Of a stretch of DNA of 64,000 nt, positions 59,885-64,000 are shown one piece after another. A program made the position numbers and the translations under genes. The number at the start of each line of letters is the position of its first letter. Positions within the stretch are counted from its first letter, which is position 1. Source of the DNA: Massalongia carnosa (Eukaryota); the NCBI GenBank assembly GCA_965645245.1, contig OZ287088.1:186001-250000 (forward strand). Reading direction: 5' to 3'. The notes beneath the pieces are model-generated. The model saw only the letters and a program-made list of their open reading frames with translations. It was not told the DNA's origin and did no database searches.

Positions 59885-62800
59885 TAAGTATGTGAGGTTT
59901 GACATACTGAACCTTTTACAGAGATGATCTACGGTAAGCTAACATTAACTAACCCTAATCTAACAGCTAACAGGATTTTCTTGATCTAACAGAGGTTTCT
60001 TGATCTAAAGGGGCTGTTTTAATCTAACAGGAACCGTTAGTACTAGTATATCATAACAAAGTCAACGATCCTAACACGCTAGATTTGGGATCATTTTACT
60101 TTTCGCGTCGATCTCTTCTACTTTGCATATTCCTTGTAGCTTCTTTTTTTTCACTATGTCGACATCAAAGGCAACCACTATCAACAACCCACAAAGAATC
60201 ACAATGGTACGAACCTCTCCAGGATGTATAGAAACCAACGAGTATCGGCTGACTTTGCTTTTCCTTCGAGAACTCTCAGGATTTTGATGATTCGCCTTCC
60301 GAGGAAGACTTGCCTACATTGACATAACTAAAACGCTCTCGTGCACAATTTGATGGAAATAACACTTACGGAGACAACAAACGCTCACATCGCCTGTCTT
60401 GTGTGGACGAGTTGGCTGAATCTAGTACTGGCAACGACTCAAGCGATGCGAGTTTCCAGTCGAGTGTAAATAGTACAGTCATGAATGCATGTATTGGGTT
60501 CTGACTTAGAACAGAAAAAGCCGATAACTAAGTATGTAGCGAGGACATTACGGGCCGGCGCAGGCCGCGGTATTCAATACAGCTCAAGTTCTCCATCTCG
60601 AAGGAGCTCCTTACGAAGGGAAACGTTCCCCTCGTCTCCACCGAGAAACCCTTCCCGCGCGCTGGATAATATCTTGTCGCCTTCACAAATACGCACTCGT
60701 CGGGGTTTACCTGCGACACTCTCCTCGCAAACTCTCGAGATCTCAAAGGTCCTCCCGATCAAGTCTACTTCTGGCACAAGGGCTGGCATAACGGAGGACG
60801 AGACAGTCTCCGAAATAAATAAAAATAGATGCTTATCGTTTACTCTGGGGTGACATATCAAGGCGAACCAAGTTCAACTCTAGCCCTGCTCATCAACTAA
60901 TACTACGTGCCATGATTCCTTTTTTCAACGCTCTGATAACGTCCGGCCACGCGGTTGAATTATGTTCGCCTTGGGCGAACACACAGAAGCCTTGCTTGAG
61001 CAAATTAATGAGTCGTACTTGGCAGGACCTTGCGAAGCGTCTCGGTGACCTTCCTGGCAACCGGAACGTCGACGTAGCAGAGCTTCCCACCGCCAAAGAG
61101 GCTCGCAGGGTAGGTGAGGTCTTGCTTACAACGGATTTTGTACATATAAAAACTAATCTGAGACTAGATTTGTGATTGGACAACGGGTTTTCGGTCTCAA
61201 ATGTTGAGCAAAGTGAGATTGCTTGTGGCTAACGAATACCCGTTCTCAGTTCAGAGCGACTGTCGAATATTCGTGTCCACTTTGCTAGACGATCTTCATT
61301 TTCTGTGCGAAGATTTATCAACGGTTAATATGTCCTAGTTATCTTGATATAAAGTTTAACTAACTCGCGAGTAGGCTCCGAAAAACCAGTTTCTCGCGCC
61401 TATCTTGATAAAGACAATTACTCTGATATTCTTCAATAACGACAATGACTGCAGTTATGGACGCAATACCGACACTGCGCATTTGTTCAATCCACTTCGA
61501 GGAGAAGTGATCATATTGATAGCAACTCTGATTCAACATGCTATTGGAGAGTACGAATACGGGCAAAAAAAGGTACAGGCTTTTGATGGGTCACAGCGAG
61601 AGAGTAAGTCTGTATCAATATAATCTTTGCTGAGTTGAGGCATTAATACTGAAAAACAATCCATACTCGAATGACGAAAACCTGGAATCAACAGTCCTCG
61701 GAGAGAAAGATGTTGTTACAAAGAATCATTCATCGGCGGGTTATGCGTCAGACTGGACAAAGAGATGGGGACTTTTCGGCGGTCACAGAAGCTGTCCACA
61801 ATCCATTTGCCACTTCTATTGACGATCTTGTAGATCTTGATGTGGGAGATGAAATGACATAGTCGGTCAGGTCGACAGCGCGGCTTTCTTTCTTCCTTGA
61901 CATCTTCGTGTAGAACTTCGATCGTTCGTTGCGAGGAGGTGGATTCGGGTTTTTCGGTATGTCTTGATTGGTATTATGCTTTGGAATTATCAGTAACAAC
62001 AATAGAAGGAAACCTCTTCACCTAGGCCGCCGCAGTTGACGAGCCACGAGGTATGGAATCTTATTAACCGCGTTCTAACGTGGTATTAACATCTCTCCTA
62101 GAATTCTTCGCAACGTGGACCCTCACAATCAAAGCACAGCGCATCAAGTTCATCCTTCGTAAAAATTCGCTTTGTTTGTAGAATATCTGTTAGTCTAACA
62201 ATTGCGTTGGAAACAGATTAACGACAAGATATCGTCAACTCCAACTCCACTCGCGCAAGACGCAATCGTGACGACAGATTCGGGTCAAGAAGTTGCGGTA
62301 GATTACGATTTACGCATGGGGAAAGACTGGCGGATTCGGATAAGGTATGCTGCAACGTGGAAGGAGTGGCAGACTGCTGTGGGAATGAAAGATTGAGAGT
62401 CGTTCTGGTATACTGTACCAAAATTTCCCGAGGCCGTATTGAGCTTTGAGGAGGAATATAGTTCGTTTTTGGATTGGGTGGAACAGGTGCATAGATTAAT
62501 GATACGAAGAGGAAACTGGGCGCAATCTCAAGCAGATGAAGACTCATCGAGGGAGGACGACAATATGGGAGAACTCACATAACATTATTTAAACCAAATC
62601 TTGATAATATACTCGACTGGTGTGTCTTTATTGTCATATCTGGCAGCATCAAGCGCTCGAAAAGGAAACAAAAGCAGTGCATTCTGACAAACGCAAGATT
62701 TGTTACAATCGTTACTAAAACAACAAGTTAATTAATGAAATTATTGGATTCAAATGCTTACAATAACACAAAAGAGTCAATATAACAATTATCATCATTG

Positions 62801-64000
62801 GACAAAGAAAGGTAAAGGTAATCAATAGTCAAAGAGCAACTTACACGTCAAATGTTCGACTATTCGTCAAGAACGTGTGGCGCAATCGGTACCTAGAACA
62901 TTTCGGCTAATTGACTAATGTAGCCTATTAGTCGACCATTTGACCAATTCGCGGGTCCTCCCGATTTCCCGATGTAACCTCGTCTTTCAAGGTAATACGC
63001 AATCCCGATTTTGTAACTCGAAACTGCCGGAAAGAAGCCATTTCAGCGATGTAATTTATCGATAATCAGCTATTATAATAATTATAATATCCTTTGCCTT
63101 ATTAAATCAGTTTCAGGATTTTCTTCAATAAGTTGTAGAAGAGATATTGATTGAAAGTATGTTTCGTGGTTTTGTTAGTTCCGAATAAGCGGGTGTTCCG
63201 AATACAGGTGAATTAGGTTACAGGCTCATGCCCCGAATAGTTGCTGTCATGCGGTACTCGTTACTCTGTACTCGATACTGTGTATACTCGGTTACTGATC
63301 GCTATTTGAGTTGAATGGTGTCAAAACACTAAACAATAACCGAGAGACCCTGCCTCGATTGAGGTTGCCTGTTCTGTATGAGGTAGCGGGTAGCCTTGTT
63401 GATATGACTCAATTAGGCCCCGCTAGAAGCCTAATCGGATTCTGATCGAACTTTTAAGATTAGCGACCTGCCCTACAGGGCGTGACTGCTTTCGTTCCCG
63501 TGTCGCATGACTGTGTCTTTATCGGCGTCGCTAGAATGATTTCCCGCTTACAATACTTCGCTACGTCATCTCGTCTGAAAACGGGCGGATTTAATCGCAG
63601 CATCGGAGATAAAGCTGAAGAAGTGAGTTCAAACCTTTGCTATTTCTTTGATGACTTCTGCCATCTACTCTCATCATCAACTCATTGAGGATTTGGAATC
63701 ATGTCTCTAAATGAAAGCCATGCATGTCCGGTCACGACGAAACGACACTCATGTTTTCAGAGGGTTGCAACGCATCAGCGCAGACCCTTCCAGCAGCGGA
63801 TTCTCAATAGGCAAGGTACAGATCGAGAAAATAACAAAGGATGAAATATTGGACAGAGTTTTTGCTAATTACAATGACATACAGGGCCTCAGAGCAAATC
63901 TATACCTTCATTCCCACTTTCATCCTCACCTTCATCCCCACCCTCTCTTCTGGACCCGGCCGAAGTTGATCAGCTTTGGACACAAGTAAGATCCATCGGT

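Larger units (their letters stand above)
55748..62974 (+). mobile_element. TIR element copy B (inverted relative to copy A) with extra Tc1 and retroposon insertions
   Basis: catcgggaaatcgggag at 55748 and ctcccgatttcccgatg ending at 62974. It is colinear with the reverse complement of 1859-6819, and its ORFs carry extra stops. Confidence 0.88.

Noticed and set aside
1859..62974. A single 61-kb giant transposon or Starship defined by the outer inverted repeats
   Set aside because: Each arm is a complete element with its own TIR pair, copy A has its own CG duplication, the outer flanks differ, and no DUF3435 captain is visible.
63482..64000. Possible spliced gene at the right edge
   Set aside because: It has coding-like stretches and a gtgag donor, but I cannot assign a family or a reliable exon structure, and it runs off the window.

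Overview
Eukaryotic, almost certainly filamentous-ascomycete DNA (short GT-AG introns, fungal-type transposons). It is dominated by nested, mostly decayed transposable elements: chromovirus-type Gypsy copies and fragments (one full-length), two Copia elements, several solo LTRs, a hAT, two pogo/Fot1-type and two Tc1-type DDE elements, a MITE and a tyrosine-recombinase remnant. Two inverted copies of a ~5 kb TIR element with no visible transposase bracket most of the window. A few host-type genes sit in the middle: an apparently intact patatin-NB-ARC-TPR NLR (~1506 aa) with 17 near-identical but combinatorially varied 126-bp repeats, a divergent FAD-monooxygenase (3'-truncated) / UDP-glycosyltransferase pair, and an HNH-domain gene. 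The most striking feature not captured by the ORF track is a 639-bp non-coding retroposon (57514-58152, minus strand, 12-bp TSD). Its first ~72 nt fold by hand into an HDV-like self-cleaving ribozyme whose predicted cleavage site is exactly the element's 5' boundary. All calls come from manual reading; no searches or folding programs were run.
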